In this document: piece after piece, positions 47,031-56,987 of the stretch
Numbering within the stretch: the first letter of the stretch is position 1
How the letters are laid out: each line of letters starts with the position of its first letter
Assembly (NCBI GenBank): GCA_028716045.1
Contig: JAQUQO010000001.1
Coordinates: 528,897 to 592,896 of the forward strand
Reading direction: 5' to 3'
DNA: 64,000 nucleotides
DNA from: Patescibacteria group bacterium
GTDB taxonomy: Bacteria; Patescibacteriota; Patescibacteriia; JAQUQO01
Translations under genes and position numbers: made by a program
Notes under the pieces: generated by a model
Databases searched by the model: none
The model's input: the letters and a program-made list of their open reading frames with translations, nothing else
Told to the model about the DNA's origin: nothing

Positions 47031-48038
47031 TTATCCTCCGTATTGTTTTTTATAATAATTCTGATACTCGCCGGATTTGATATTCCCCCACCATGATTCA
47101 TGGGTTTTATACCATTCTACCGTTTCTTTAAGTCCGGTTTCAAAATCTACCCGCGGCTCCCAGCCCAGTTCGTTTTTAATTTTGGAAAAATCAACGGCGT
47201 AGCGGCGGTCGTGGCCCGGACGGTCTTTAACATACTCAATCATTTCTTCGCCATAGCCCATTAATTCTAAAATTTTCTTGGTAATTTCTATACCGGATTT
47301 TTCGCTATCCCCCCCCAGACAGTAGGTCTCGCCAATTTTCCCTTGATGTAAAATCAAATCCACTCCACGATTATGGTCATCTACGTAAATCCAATCGCGG
47401 ACATTAAGCCCATCGCCATAAACTGGAACTTTTTTGCCCTCAATTAAATTGGTGACGAACAAAGGAATAACTTTTTCCGGGAATTGATAAGGACCATAAC
47501 TATTTGAACAATGGGAGATGGTAATGGGCAAAGCGTGCGTGTGAAAATATGACCTGACCAAATGGTCCGCCGCCGCTTTGCTTGCCGAATAAGGGCTGCG
47601 CGGGTCATAGGGCGTTTTTTCATTAAATTTTTTAGGCGAATCAAGCTCTAAACTGCCAAAAACCTCATCGGTGGAAATATGATGAAATCTTTTTCTGCTA
47701 TTAATCCTCGCTGCTTCCAGTAAAACCTGTGTGCCCAATACATTGGTTTTTACAAACTCTCCCGAATCAATAATTGAACGGTCCACGTGCGACTCGGCGG
47801 CAAAGTGGACAATGGCATCGCAATCCTTAACTAGTTCATTTACTAAATCGGCGTCTCCAATATCGCCCTTAACAAATTCATAATTAGGATTTTTTTCAAC
47901 TGCCGTTAAATTTTCCAAATTCCCGGCATACGTCAATTTATCCAGATTGATAATCTTATAATCAGGATGGTTCTTGAAAATGTGGTGGATAAAATTGGAG
48001 CCAATAAACCCCGCTCCTCCGGTAACGAGTATTTTCAT
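47031..48038 (-). CDS. rfbB: dTDP-glucose 4,6-dehydratase (RmlB)
   Basis: GGAGFIGSNF, YxxxK, IYVDDH; 335 aa. Confidence 0.85.
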   Translation of the reverse strand: MKILVTGGAGFIGSNFIHHIFKNHPDYKIINLDKLTYAGNLENLTAVEKNPNYEFVKGDIGDADLVNELVKDCDAIVHFAAESHVDRSIIDSGEFVKTNVLGTQVLLEAARINSRKRFHHISTDEVFGSLELDSPKKFNEKTPYDPRSPYSASKAAADHLVRSYFHTHALPITISHCSNSYGPYQFPEKVIPLFVTNLIEGKKVPVYGDGLNVRDWIYVDDHNRGVDLILHQGKIGETYCLGGDSEKSGIEITKKILELMGYGEEMIEYVKDRPGHDRRYAVDFSKIKNELGWEPRVDFETGLKETVEWYKTHESWWGNIKSGEYQNYYKKQYGG

Positions 48039-48047
48039 AAAAAATAA

Positions 48048-48494
48048 TTATTTAAATTTCCGCCAATCAAAGGTTCTTTCTTTTTTCTTTTCGCTCTGTA
48101 TTTTCTTTTCTTGGAGGCGCTTTTCTTTTGAAGACCGCGTCGGCTTGGTTTCCAAACGCTCTTTTTCCGGGACAATAGCTTCAGTGATGAATTTTAGAAA
48201 TTTTTCCACCGCTCTTTCCTTATTCGCCTTTTGCGACCTTTCTTCGCTTGCTCTCACAATCATAATGGAATGTACTTCCTGCCGCGCGCCTTCTTTAAAA
48301 TCTTCTCTGACTATCCGGCTGGGGTATTGCTCTTTGATTCTATTCTTCTCTTCCTCTGTCAAATCTAATTCGTCAATATCGCAGCGCAATTCCACGGCCG
48401 TGCTCACTTTATTGACGTTTTGCCCGCCGGGTCCGGCGCTTTTTTTGTACGCGGTGATTTTATATTTATTTTCCGGAATAAAAACTTCTTCCAT
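48048..48494 (-). CDS. arfB: ArfB-type peptidyl-tRNA hydrolase (GGQ release-factor domain + basic tail)
   Basis: GPGGQNVNKV motif; 148 aa; Lys/Arg-rich C-terminus. Confidence 0.65.
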   Translation of the reverse strand: MEEVFIPENKYKITAYKKSAGPGGQNVNKVSTAVELRCDIDELDLTEEEKNRIKEQYPSRIVREDFKEGARQEVHSIMIVRASEERSQKANKERAVEKFLKFITEAIVPEKERLETKPTRSSKEKRLQEKKIQSEKKKERTFDWRKFK

Positions 48495-48498
48495 AAAT

Positions 48499-48909
48499 TT
48501 ACTCTAAATTGTTTTTAATTTTTTCCGCCGTTTTTTGCATTTCGCCTTCAGCATAGGGTTTACCGGGCCAGAGATGAAGGCCGTCGTCGGGAAAACGGGG
48601 GACGATATGAAAATGCGCGTGCGGGACAATCTGACCAGCTACCCGGCCGTTATTTAACTCCAAATTAAACCCCTGCGCGCCCAGTCCGTTCATAATCGCC
48701 TTGGAAATTTTATCAATTACCGGCATCATTTTTGATAAAAGCTCGTTGGGCGTCAGGGAAAAATCGTCATAATGCTCTTTGGGAATAACCAAGGTGTGCC
48801 CGGGATTAACGGGATTAATATCCAGGAAAGCGAAAATTTCGTCGTCTTCGTAAACTTTAGCCGAAGGAATTTCGCCTTTGATAATATTGCAAAAGATACA
48901 ATCGTTCAT
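48499..48909 (-). CDS. HIT-family hydrolase
   Basis: HAHFHIV histidine triad; 136 aa. Confidence 0.8.
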   Translation of the reverse strand: MNDCIFCNIIKGEIPSAKVYEDDEIFAFLDINPVNPGHTLVIPKEHYDDFSLTPNELLSKMMPVIDKISKAIMNGLGAQGFNLELNNGRVAGQIVPHAHFHIVPRFPDDGLHLWPGKPYAEGEMQKTAEKIKNNLE

Positions 48910-48920
48910 AAAGTCAAAAA

Positions 48921-49376
48921 TTAATTTATTTTAAACTTGGAATTTGCACCGTCTTTTTCATGCCTTATTTCATCCACTGCTTCTTTTTTATTCTTACCGG
49001 CATACAAAGCATCCGGCAAATTAACGTACCAGGCTCCCGATTCCGAAACGCATTTATATCCATGAACAACCCCCGGCGGAACAAGAACCGCCAGCGGATT
49101 GCTCTCCCCCACCCGCATTTCCATTTTTTCGCCATAAGTAGAAGAATCTTTTCTCTCGTCCCAAAGATACATCATAAAATCACCTGGACCGAAAAAACAA
49201 AAATAATCCGACTGCTTTTTGTGTTCATGCGGCCCGCGCACCGCGCCATTTTCAGAAAACGAAGCATAGGCCATCGCCGGAACAAAATCCATTTCATCAT
49301 GGCGATAAAGCTCCGCCACCCAGCCTCGCTCATCTTTGAATATTTTTAAATTTTTTATAATCACCCTGTCTATCAT
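48921..49376 (-). CDS. rfbC: cupin dTDP-sugar epimerase/isomerase (RmlC/FdtA-like)
   Basis: KIFKDERGWVAEL N-term; 151 aa cupin; in context of rml genes. Confidence 0.55.
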   Translation of the reverse strand: MIDRVIIKNLKIFKDERGWVAELYRHDEMDFVPAMAYASFSENGAVRGPHEHKKQSDYFCFFGPGDFMMYLWDERKDSSTYGEKMEMRVGESNPLAVLVPPGVVHGYKCVSESGAWYVNLPDALYAGKNKKEAVDEIRHEKDGANSKFKIN

Positions 49377-49378
49377 AA

Positions 49379-49567
49379 TTAAAAATCTTCTTTAATTATC
49401 AGGGTAATAATAGCACTGGCCGCCGAGATAATCAAGACAAAATGGGGATTGAAAAAATTAACAACAAAACCCTTGATAAAAAATTCTAAAATCATCAAAG
49501 CCGCCCACAAAATAAAAGAAGCATAAAATAATTCTTCAAAAAATATTTTGACAAATCCCCTATTCAT
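49379..49567 (-). CDS. small membrane protein (62 aa)
   Basis: Two hydrophobic segments; overlaps next gene by 8 nt. Confidence 0.3.
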   Translation of the reverse strand: MNRGFVKIFFEELFYASFILWAALMILEFFIKGFVVNFFNPHFVLIISAASAIITLIIKEDF

Positions 49568-51008
49568 AGAAAAATTTATTTAGAAATTTGGTAAAATTCT
49601 CCCGAGAAAATTCACCCCTGTTTATTCTAATTATTATCCCTCGAACGTCAATCGGCTTCTTATCGGCGGTAAGCCCCGGCGCGGAAATAATAAACCTTAC
49701 TTTTCCTTTTTCTTTTCGGGCGTTATAAAGATTAAAACTGGCTCCTCGCGTCTGCCATTCACTGTTAGACGCCAGCGGTTGGTATCTGGCGATGACAAAA
49801 TTTAATCCTTCTAAATCCCGGCTGTCCGCCACCCGCCGTTGCCGCGGGTCAAAAAAATTTTTCTCGCTAAAAGACCATAGGCCATCACCTTGAAGCAAAA
49901 TATCACTTACGGGAACTCTGACCGAAAAATTTCCGGCCGAATTTTTATAATAATACTGAATATGTGTTTTTTCTATGAACAAATTTTCTCCGGTGAAACT
50001 CAAAGTTTGACGGCCTTCATCGTGAGTAGTAACGGCCGCCACTTCCCTGCTATTGCCGAATAGCGTCGCATCTTTTTGAGAAGTGACGGTAGAATTTATA
50101 TTATCGCCGAGATATATTTCCCCGATAAAAGACAGATATTTTTGTCTGGTCTGAATGTCTCTTAAAAAAATATCGTCGCTGGCGGAGATTTCCAGCCGAT
50201 AAACCCCCTCGGATAAATCGCCGATGTTCAATTTAAGCTGGCGGGGGGTAACCACGACCTCGTTGGCCTCCGAATTGCCATCATCAGTCATTATCCAATT
50301 TTTTACTAAATTATTTTCCTCATTATAAAGGTTAACTTCTACTTCGTCAGCGCCAACCGAACGGTTCATATCCTCAAAAGTAAACATAAAATCCAAATCC
50401 TCGTCTTTTATGTAGGTGTAAAATTGGTGAGCACCGCGCAGGGAATAATTAAAACTTTGATATCGTTCGCTTGGTTTATAATCCGGCAAACGATAGGGAC
50501 GCCCCAGCTCATAATAATAAACGCCGATTTTCTCCGCCGCTGGCTGATTCTCCATAAAATCCCCGATGCTCTCGTATTTTTTTTCTTTCTGCCAAAGGCA
50601 AACCCCGTCAGCGCAAATTTTCGGCCAGGATAAATCGTCCAATACCTTATTCTGAAGCGGTCGCAAATCATAACCGTTTTTAGTCACCAGACCGAGTTCC
50701 AAAATATCTTGCTCGGGATTTTTATAATTTAAAACTATCTCGGCCTTTTTAAAAAAACTCAAAGGAATGTTTGATTCAATATAAATTGGCTCCCCTACAA
50801 TGGATTGATAAAATTTCCCCGCCTCTTCTTTGATTTCCGAGACCCTCCCCCGCGGTTTTAAAAAAGAAATCCACCCGCTCGGGCGGGAAAAATCAAATTC
50901 CGCTTGGAGCGGAGCAAAAATTAAAAGATTACGCTCCGCGAGAAACCCCAAAATCAAAACCGCTACGAGAGTCAACATTATTCTGATATTTTTTCTCGTC
51001 TTATCCAT
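49560..51008 (-). CDS. membrane-anchored/secreted protein, unknown (482 aa)
   Basis: N-terminal TM; adjacent to GT-C transferase. Confidence 0.55.
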   Translation of the reverse strand: MDKTRKNIRIMLTLVAVLILGFLAERNLLIFAPLQAEFDFSRPSGWISFLKPRGRVSEIKEEAGKFYQSIVGEPIYIESNIPLSFFKKAEIVLNYKNPEQDILELGLVTKNGYDLRPLQNKVLDDLSWPKICADGVCLWQKEKKYESIGDFMENQPAAEKIGVYYYELGRPYRLPDYKPSERYQSFNYSLRGAHQFYTYIKDEDLDFMFTFEDMNRSVGADEVEVNLYNEENNLVKNWIMTDDGNSEANEVVVTPRQLKLNIGDLSEGVYRLEISASDDIFLRDIQTRQKYLSFIGEIYLGDNINSTVTSQKDATLFGNSREVAAVTTHDEGRQTLSFTGENLFIEKTHIQYYYKNSAGNFSVRVPVSDILLQGDGLWSFSEKNFFDPRQRRVADSRDLEGLNFVIARYQPLASNSEWQTRGASFNLYNARKEKGKVRFIISAPGLTADKKPIDVRGIIIRINRGEFSRENFTKFLNKFFYE

Positions 51009-51009
51009 T

Positions 51010-52608
51010 TTATTTTTTCATCAATTTCATTAATTTCGCCCCATTGGGCAAATCTTGATAAGCCGATAAAACCAGATTAAAACGGCTTAATTTTTTATCG
51101 TTTAGAAAATTTACATCTTTTTCTGAAAATAAACTATAAACATACACCGGCGCTTTATCTAAAAGAGCCGATAAATTTTCTTCCGTATAATCGTCGGCGA
51201 TATTTTGGACTACCCGCCTTTCGGGAAATAGAATTTTATCCATATAGCTGGCCACAATTACCGAATCTTCTTCTGTATTTTCAATAATTTTTTCTTTGAC
51301 CTGCCCGTAAATCTCTAAAGTGTGGCGCACCTGGAAAACACTCTCTTCTGTTTGCCATAAAACAAGACGTGCCGAAGGATAAGCCAGGGCTAAAATAAAA
51401 ATTACTACTATTAAAATCCGGCTGGCTTTATTTTTTACCAATCCGCCGGCTTTGATTATTAATAATGACACGAAGGGCAAAAGGCCAAGATAAATCGGCA
51501 GCCAATAACGGACGTAAGAAGTTCCAATGGTCACAGTGCCGGGGGTCGGGTTATCGTAAAAAAACCAACTCCCATAATAAACTACAAGCCAAGCGGAAAT
51601 AAAAAACCAAAGCCAGAAAAAAACTTTCTGTTTCTTCTGCCAATCGCGATAACGATAGATAAAAAAACCGAGCCCGGCCAAAAACAACGGAGTAAACCAC
51701 CAAAAAATTAAAATAAGGTAATTCCAGCAATTTTTAACCATCAGCCGCGGATGAATTCCAAAACGAAAAATAATATCCAACCACGACCCGCTGCCTTGGG
51801 TTAAATTGGAAGCAACGTCGCTGCCGAGTTGAGAGTATCCCGTCAGCAAGGCGTTGCCATAAGTAAGATATTGGTAATAAAAAACCGGTACAAGGGATAA
51901 AAGCAGCCCGCCAAACCCTAAAACAACATAGGGCCATTTCATTTCCCGCCGATAAATAAAAATAAGCATGGCGGGCGCAATAATCAACCACCAGAATTCG
52001 GATAATCTCACGGACAGCGCGAGACCCAAAAAAATCCCAGCGAAAAAATACAAAGACCATTTGGAATCCTTTTTGATTCTAGACATCAAATAAAATCCGC
52101 CCAGAAGCAAAGAAATAAATAACACATTCGGCATCATTGTCCGTGAACTCCAATACCACCACGCCGGATGGATAAAAAGAAGCAGTGAGGAAATAAAAGC
52201 AATGGTAGAGTTGAAAACTTTGCGTGTCAGGCCGTAAAAAAATAAAACGCCGGCTACGGCCGCGAGTGGAGTAAAATACGTCACCACCTCCAAAGAAAAA
52301 ATTTTGCCTAACAAACCATAAATCAAAATCAAACCCAAAAAACTTCCCGGTACGATAAACGGCCCGGCCACGTTGGTGCTTCGCGGGTGGACGATATTAC
52401 CAACCTCTCTGTTGAGCGGCTCAAAAATTTTTAAATCACCGCGCTCAATTAAATTTTTGGTAAAAATAAAATTGGCGTTTTCATCGGGAGAGTTAAAAAT
52501 CAAACCGCCGGCGACCGGCAAAAAGGAATAAATAAAAAAGAACACGGCCCCCAACACCAGCAATGTTCTTAAAAAATATTTATGGTTGTTTGTTTTTGCT
52601 TCACCCAT
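51010..52608 (-). CDS. GT-C fold glycosyltransferase (ArnT/PMT-like, GT39/GT83 family)
   Basis: ~11 TMs; DE motif in first extracytoplasmic loop (SPDENANF); 532 aa. Confidence 0.65.
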   Translation of the reverse strand: MGEAKTNNHKYFLRTLLVLGAVFFFIYSFLPVAGGLIFNSPDENANFIFTKNLIERGDLKIFEPLNREVGNIVHPRSTNVAGPFIVPGSFLGLILIYGLLGKIFSLEVVTYFTPLAAVAGVLFFYGLTRKVFNSTIAFISSLLLFIHPAWWYWSSRTMMPNVLFISLLLGGFYLMSRIKKDSKWSLYFFAGIFLGLALSVRLSEFWWLIIAPAMLIFIYRREMKWPYVVLGFGGLLLSLVPVFYYQYLTYGNALLTGYSQLGSDVASNLTQGSGSWLDIIFRFGIHPRLMVKNCWNYLILIFWWFTPLFLAGLGFFIYRYRDWQKKQKVFFWLWFFISAWLVVYYGSWFFYDNPTPGTVTIGTSYVRYWLPIYLGLLPFVSLLIIKAGGLVKNKASRILIVVIFILALAYPSARLVLWQTEESVFQVRHTLEIYGQVKEKIIENTEEDSVIVASYMDKILFPERRVVQNIADDYTEENLSALLDKAPVYVYSLFSEKDVNFLNDKKLSRFNLVLSAYQDLPNGAKLMKLMKK

Positions 52609-52617
52609 GGAATCTAT

Positions 52618-53190
52618 TTAAATACCTTGGCTAAATAAGCTCACGATGGCAAAAATCACAGCGAGATAAAGCGTGCCGGCCGAAATGGAAGAGAGCGACT
52701 GCATTTGAAATAATAATCCAAAAAGAAGAAACAAAATCCCGAAAAATTGGCAAAACATTTTTAATTTCCCCCAAATCTCCGCCTGGATAACCAATCCTCT
52801 TTTATGCTTTAACCACCCACCGATTATCAGCACCGCTTCAATAGCGATAATTGCAAATGCAAGATAAAAAGAAAGATAACGCAAAACAATGATAAAAACC
52901 AGCGAACCGATGAGTAATTTATCCGCTAAGGGGTCATAAATTTTCCCCCACTCGGTGACTTCTTCGCGCACGCGCGCCATAGACCCATCCAACATATCGG
53001 TAAAAGCGGTAAAGATATATAGCGGGATTCCCCAGCTAAAATTTTCTTTAACTATCAGCCAAACCACCAAGGGCGTTAAAATAAACCTCACCATAGTAAT
53101 ATGGTTTGGCTTAATGAATTTTGGAATTATCGGATTAAAAAACCAGCGAAAAACCAAATCTTGAGGATAAATTTGTGGTCCTTTCCACAT
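52618..53190 (-). CDS. CDP-alcohol phosphatidyltransferase family protein
   Basis: D-x2-DG-x2-AR...G-x3-D-x3-D motif (DMLDGSMAR...DPLADKL). Confidence 0.75.
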   Translation of the reverse strand: MWKGPQIYPQDLVFRWFFNPIIPKFIKPNHITMVRFILTPLVVWLIVKENFSWGIPLYIFTAFTDMLDGSMARVREEVTEWGKIYDPLADKLLIGSLVFIIVLRYLSFYLAFAIIAIEAVLIIGGWLKHKRGLVIQAEIWGKLKMFCQFFGILFLLFGLLFQMQSLSSISAGTLYLAVIFAIVSLFSQGI

Positions 53191-53231
53191 AAGCTGAATT
53201 ATGCTAAACTAACTTAAAATATCCGAAAATC

Positions 53232-55334
53232 ATGAAGAAACCCTTATTATATCTTACCATTTTTTGCGTAATTCTTCCAGCCATTCTAATTCTTAATATT
53301 TTTTTCTGGCAAAATACGGTAGTCGGGATAATTGGCGGCTGTTTCTATCTTTTACTCAACGGCTTTTTAGCCGGTGTTTTATTTTTAAATAAAGAAAATC
53401 CGGGCTGGTCAATTTTTTATGGGCTACTTCTATTTTTATGCCTTAATTCCTTGGGGGGCGCGATTATTTATTTTTTTTACGAGTTAAATAATTTTGTAAT
53501 CTCCGCTCTTTTAATCTTAACTCCGGTCGCATTACTGGCCGCAAAAAAAATACAAGTTGCAAGTTTTCCGCCAGGGACCGATAAGTCTTCGGCTGACAAG
53601 TTTCAAATTTTCCGCCAGGGACTGACAAGTTTGAAATTAAAAAATTTGTATTTACCAGCCCTATATCTAACGCTGATTGCCATTAATTCTTATCTGCTTT
53701 TCGCGCACCGAACCGACTTGGCTATCCGTTCGCCTTGGGAGCTTTTGCCTAAATCATTTTTTATAATTTATTTTCTCACCACGGCAATTCTCCTCGTTTT
53801 CATTCTGCGCAATAAAACTAAATTATCGCTTTTATTTATTTCCATCCACTCTCTTTTTTCTCTCGCCGTTGCTCTTATAATTTACAAATTGGGCTACGGC
53901 TACGACCCCTTCATCCACGAAGCAACGGAAAAATTTATTCTGAACAACGGTTTTATCTCACCCAAGACACCGTATTATCTCGGACAATATACTTTGGTTA
54001 TTTATTTAACTAAAATCCTGTCGCTCCCCCACGAATGGATTGACAAAATTCTCGTCCCCCTCTTTTACGCCGTTTATCTGCCGGCTACCGTCTATTTTTC
54101 TTTCGCAAAAAATTCCGCTAAAAAGTTTTTGCCTCTAATTATTTTAACCATACCTTTCGGGGTGTTTCTCTTAACCACTCCCCAGGGTTTAGCCAATCTG
54201 CTCGTATTGCTTATTGCTCTTTTATCTTATAAATACACATCGGCTAAAGAAAACATCAACTGGTCAATTCTCCTTATTCTGGCTCTGACCGCCGCCGCCG
54301 TTCACCCCTTGGCCGGCATACCGGCGCTATGTTTTGTAGCGCTTCTGTTCTTGATAAGCCGGAATTATAAAAAATTGTCTTTATTTTTTGGTCTTCTCTC
54401 GGCCATCGCCCTGCCGGCTATTTTTTATCTGCAATCCGTGGTATCAAATAACCTTTCAACCGTCATTAGATTCTCTCCGCCGAATATCCTGAATGACTGG
54501 CAGTGGCCGGTGCTGGTCAGAAAATTTGATGCGGTTTTAGATTTAGTTTATTTGTATGCTTGGAATTTTAATTTTTGGTTCATAGCGCTGGCCGCCGTTG
54601 GTTTTTGGCTTCTTTTAAGGCAACAAAAAAATACTTCGGTAAAAATTTTCGTTTATTCTTTTATAATTCTAATCATAAATTATCTGCTCCTGACTTTGTT
54701 TTTTCAATTCCAAGGGCTAATCGCTTACGAACGGCAAAATTACGCCTCCAGAATTTTAGAGTTGAGTTTTTATTTTCTCATCCCATTTTATCTTTGGACT
54801 TTTGACTGGCTAGCCCAAAAAATTACCGAAAAAAATATCTTTTACAAATCATTTTTTATTTTAATTTTAACCATTGCCATAATCAGCTCTTTTTACGTTT
54901 CTTACCCGCGCCAGGACGATTATGACGACGCCCGCGGATATAATTTGAGCCAAGCTGACCTCAGCGCCGTTCATTATATAAAAAATACAGCTGGCGGAGA
55001 TTACATAGTACTTGCCAATCAAATGGTGGCGGCCGGGGCCTTAAAAGAATTTGGCTTTGCTAAGTATTATCAAACTTCCCGCGGAGAGATATTTTATTAT
55101 CCTATTCCTACCGGCAGCCCGCTTTACGATTATTATTTAAAAATGGTTTACGAAAAAGCGGCACGGAAAACAATGATAGAAGCTATGGATTTAGTCGGAG
55201 TTGACGCCGGGTTTTTAGTGGTGAATGATTACTGGCACCGCTCGGCCATCACCGTAGAGGAAGCCAAGTCCTCGGCCGATAATTTTGTAAAATTAGACAA
55301 CGGTAAAATTTACGTTTTTGAGTATAAGAGATAA
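53232..55334 (+). CDS. large polytopic membrane protein (700 aa), putative glycan polymerase/transferase
   Basis: More than 14 TMs and a C-terminal soluble domain; no definitive motif. Confidence 0.5.
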   Translation: MKKPLLYLTIFCVILPAILILNIFFWQNTVVGIIGGCFYLLLNGFLAGVLFLNKENPGWSIFYGLLLFLCLNSLGGAIIYFFYELNNFVISALLILTPVALLAAKKIQVASFPPGTDKSSADKFQIFRQGLTSLKLKNLYLPALYLTLIAINSYLLFAHRTDLAIRSPWELLPKSFFIIYFLTTAILLVFILRNKTKLSLLFISIHSLFSLAVALIIYKLGYGYDPFIHEATEKFILNNGFISPKTPYYLGQYTLVIYLTKILSLPHEWIDKILVPLFYAVYLPATVYFSFAKNSAKKFLPLIILTIPFGVFLLTTPQGLANLLVLLIALLSYKYTSAKENINWSILLILALTAAAVHPLAGIPALCFVALLFLISRNYKKLSLFFGLLSAIALPAIFYLQSVVSNNLSTVIRFSPPNILNDWQWPVLVRKFDAVLDLVYLYAWNFNFWFIALAAVGFWLLLRQQKNTSVKIFVYSFIILIINYLLLTLFFQFQGLIAYERQNYASRILELSFYFLIPFYLWTFDWLAQKITEKNIFYKSFFILILTIAIISSFYVSYPRQDDYDDARGYNLSQADLSAVHYIKNTAGGDYIVLANQMVAAGALKEFGFAKYYQTSRGEIFYYPIPTGSPLYDYYLKMVYEKAARKTMIEAMDLVGVDAGFLVVNDYWHRSAITVEEAKSSADNFVKLDNGKIYVFEYKR

Positions 55335-55349
55335 AAATAAAACCTGCTT

Positions 55350-55384
55350 GTAGAGAAGACACTCTATGGCGTGTCTCTACGGCG
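55350..55384. repeat. REP-like hairpin GTAGAGAAGACAC-TCTATGG-CGTGTCTCTACGGCG
   Basis: Same GTAGAGA...TCTCTACGG termini as copies at 191-405 and 3871-3976. Confidence 0.6.
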
Positions 55385-55398
55385 TTAGAACAAAATAA

Positions 55399-55428
55399 AA
55401 CCCCGCGTTATTAGCGCGAGGTTTTTTA
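55399..55428 (+). terminator. terminator (CCCCGCG-TTATTAG-CGCGAGG + T6)
   Basis: Stem-loop with T-run. Confidence 0.6.
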
Positions 55429-55433
55429 TTTGT

Positions 55434-55703
55434 TTAATTGGGGGCTTCAAAAAGATTTTTACTTTCCACGACTGTTACTGAAATGCCAGAAATAAATTCT
55501 TCGGAAATGTTTTCATCTACAAACCTTAAGGCCTGGCGCGTAGCCGTTTTAGAAGCTCCTGACGGGCTTTTGTCATAAGTCGGAATGAACAGGGTTCCCA
55601 TGTGTTCTTCCGCATGGCTAATCACGGCTTGAAAAATTCTTACTTTTCCAAGAAGTGGAATCTCCAATTCTCCACTTTTTATTTTTCTCAAAAAATAACC
55701 CAT
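55434..55703 (-). CDS. small hypothetical protein (89 aa; start MGYFLRK with AAAGGAGG RBS)
   Basis: ORF track extends to 55853 but the strong SD precedes the internal Met. Confidence 0.45.
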   Translation of the reverse strand: MGYFLRKIKSGELEIPLLGKVRIFQAVISHAEEHMGTLFIPTYDKSPSGASKTATRQALRFVDENISEEFISGISVTVVESKNLFEAPN

Positions 55704-55866
55704 TTTTATTCCTCCTTTGTCTAAAAATAAAAAATTGGGCAACAATAAACTTTTAAATATAGCATATCTTGATAATTCTGTCAAGACACATCGGTCGTGA
55801 CTGGCGTGCCAAAAGTTGATAGAGCTAAAAGTAAAATAATGGCATGGGAACATTAAAACATTATAA

Positions 55867-55897
55867 TAAAAAAGCGCAATCCAAATTGGATCGCGCT
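55867..55897 (-). terminator. minus-strand terminator after 55944-56849
   Basis: AGCGCAATCC-AAATT-GGATCGCGCT with U-tract on minus. Confidence 0.55.
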
Positions 55898-55943
55898 AAA
55901 GAACACTTATTTACCCTTTATCAGCATAACACCACTTGCCCGC

Positions 55944-56849
55944 CTAATTGACAGGCCCGAGGAACAAGAGACCGCCAGAATTGAAACAAAGGGCACTGGT
56001 CGGGTCGCTGTCGTTACTGAAGACGAGATATTCGTTGTGAGCAACGAAAGCGGGTGTGCACTCGGCGGATTGGGCGGAAAGAGCGGCCATATTTAGACAT
56101 AGTGTATTCCTATCACGCGCCAAGATGTCAGGATACATTACCATAGCAATGGGAGTATCCATACCGGAAAGAATAAACCCTTCGGGTAACGTTGACACTT
56201 GTTCCCTGTCGGCATTGATGGAAAATCCCTGTAAGGGGGCTGGGAAGTGAATCCCGATAACCGGCCCCCACTTCATTCGTTCAATAAGCTGGTCATGCCG
56301 GCTTCCCTCAACGATGCTAAACTCGTTCGCCGAGGTATTTTTGTGAAGATTACGAAACTCCCGATCACCGAAGGTTCTTATATAACTCTTGCCGACCGCC
56401 TCAAGATACTGTTTGAGAATAACTCCGGGGTTTTTGGTCGTGAGTGGAGGTATAACCACCGGCAGCCCTACACCTTTTATGATATTAGCGATTTGGGGGT
56501 TGTTCCGAATTAAAGCCAACAGACGTTCGGTTTCCGCCCTGAATTGTCCGGCAGTAATCGCCGTAAACGAACCGAGACACTCGTGCAATCGACTAAGGCG
56601 CTTGAGATAATCAACCTCTGCCTTCAGCTCCGGTTGAACTAGCCGAAATTTCCTGTCCCCGTCGCAGACGTTGGCCGAGAGTCCTTCTGGAATCCGTCGG
56701 CCGTGTTTGTCAAAGAGTAGTCGAACTGCGTCTGTAACCGTCACGGTTTTTTCGCCCCTGAGCCAAGCATCCCATACTTTCTTGCCGCCCAAATTATTAA
56801 TGGCAGCTTCCACTTCTCCTAAAGTCACTTCTCCGTATTTCATTGCCAA
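55944..56849 (-). CDS. GC-rich hypothetical protein (301 aa)
   Basis: ~50% GC; GGGAGG RBS; own terminator; no recognised motif. Confidence 0.55.
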   Translation of the reverse strand: MAMKYGEVTLGEVEAAINNLGGKKVWDAWLRGEKTVTVTDAVRLLFDKHGRRIPEGLSANVCDGDRKFRLVQPELKAEVDYLKRLSRLHECLGSFTAITAGQFRAETERLLALIRNNPQIANIIKGVGLPVVIPPLTTKNPGVILKQYLEAVGKSYIRTFGDREFRNLHKNTSANEFSIVEGSRHDQLIERMKWGPVIGIHFPAPLQGFSINADREQVSTLPEGFILSGMDTPIAMVMYPDILARDRNTLCLNMAALSAQSAECTPAFVAHNEYLVFSNDSDPTSALCFNSGGLLFLGPVN

Positions 56850-56987
56850 ACCTCCCAGCAGACTTTTTGCCCGCTTTTTGGATTTTTCCTCTGCCCGAGG
56901 ACTAGGATTCTTTCACCCCGAAAGAATAGTTTAATATATTACAAATAATAAAATCTGTCAAGGCCTAAAGCGAATTTCGGGCTGGCC

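Noticed and set aside
53566-53640. Tandem DNA repeat GACAAGTTTCAAATTTTCCGCCAGGGACTGA ... in 53232-55334
   Set aside because: A short in-frame duplication (FQIFRQGLTSLKL) within the coding sequence. Not an independent element.
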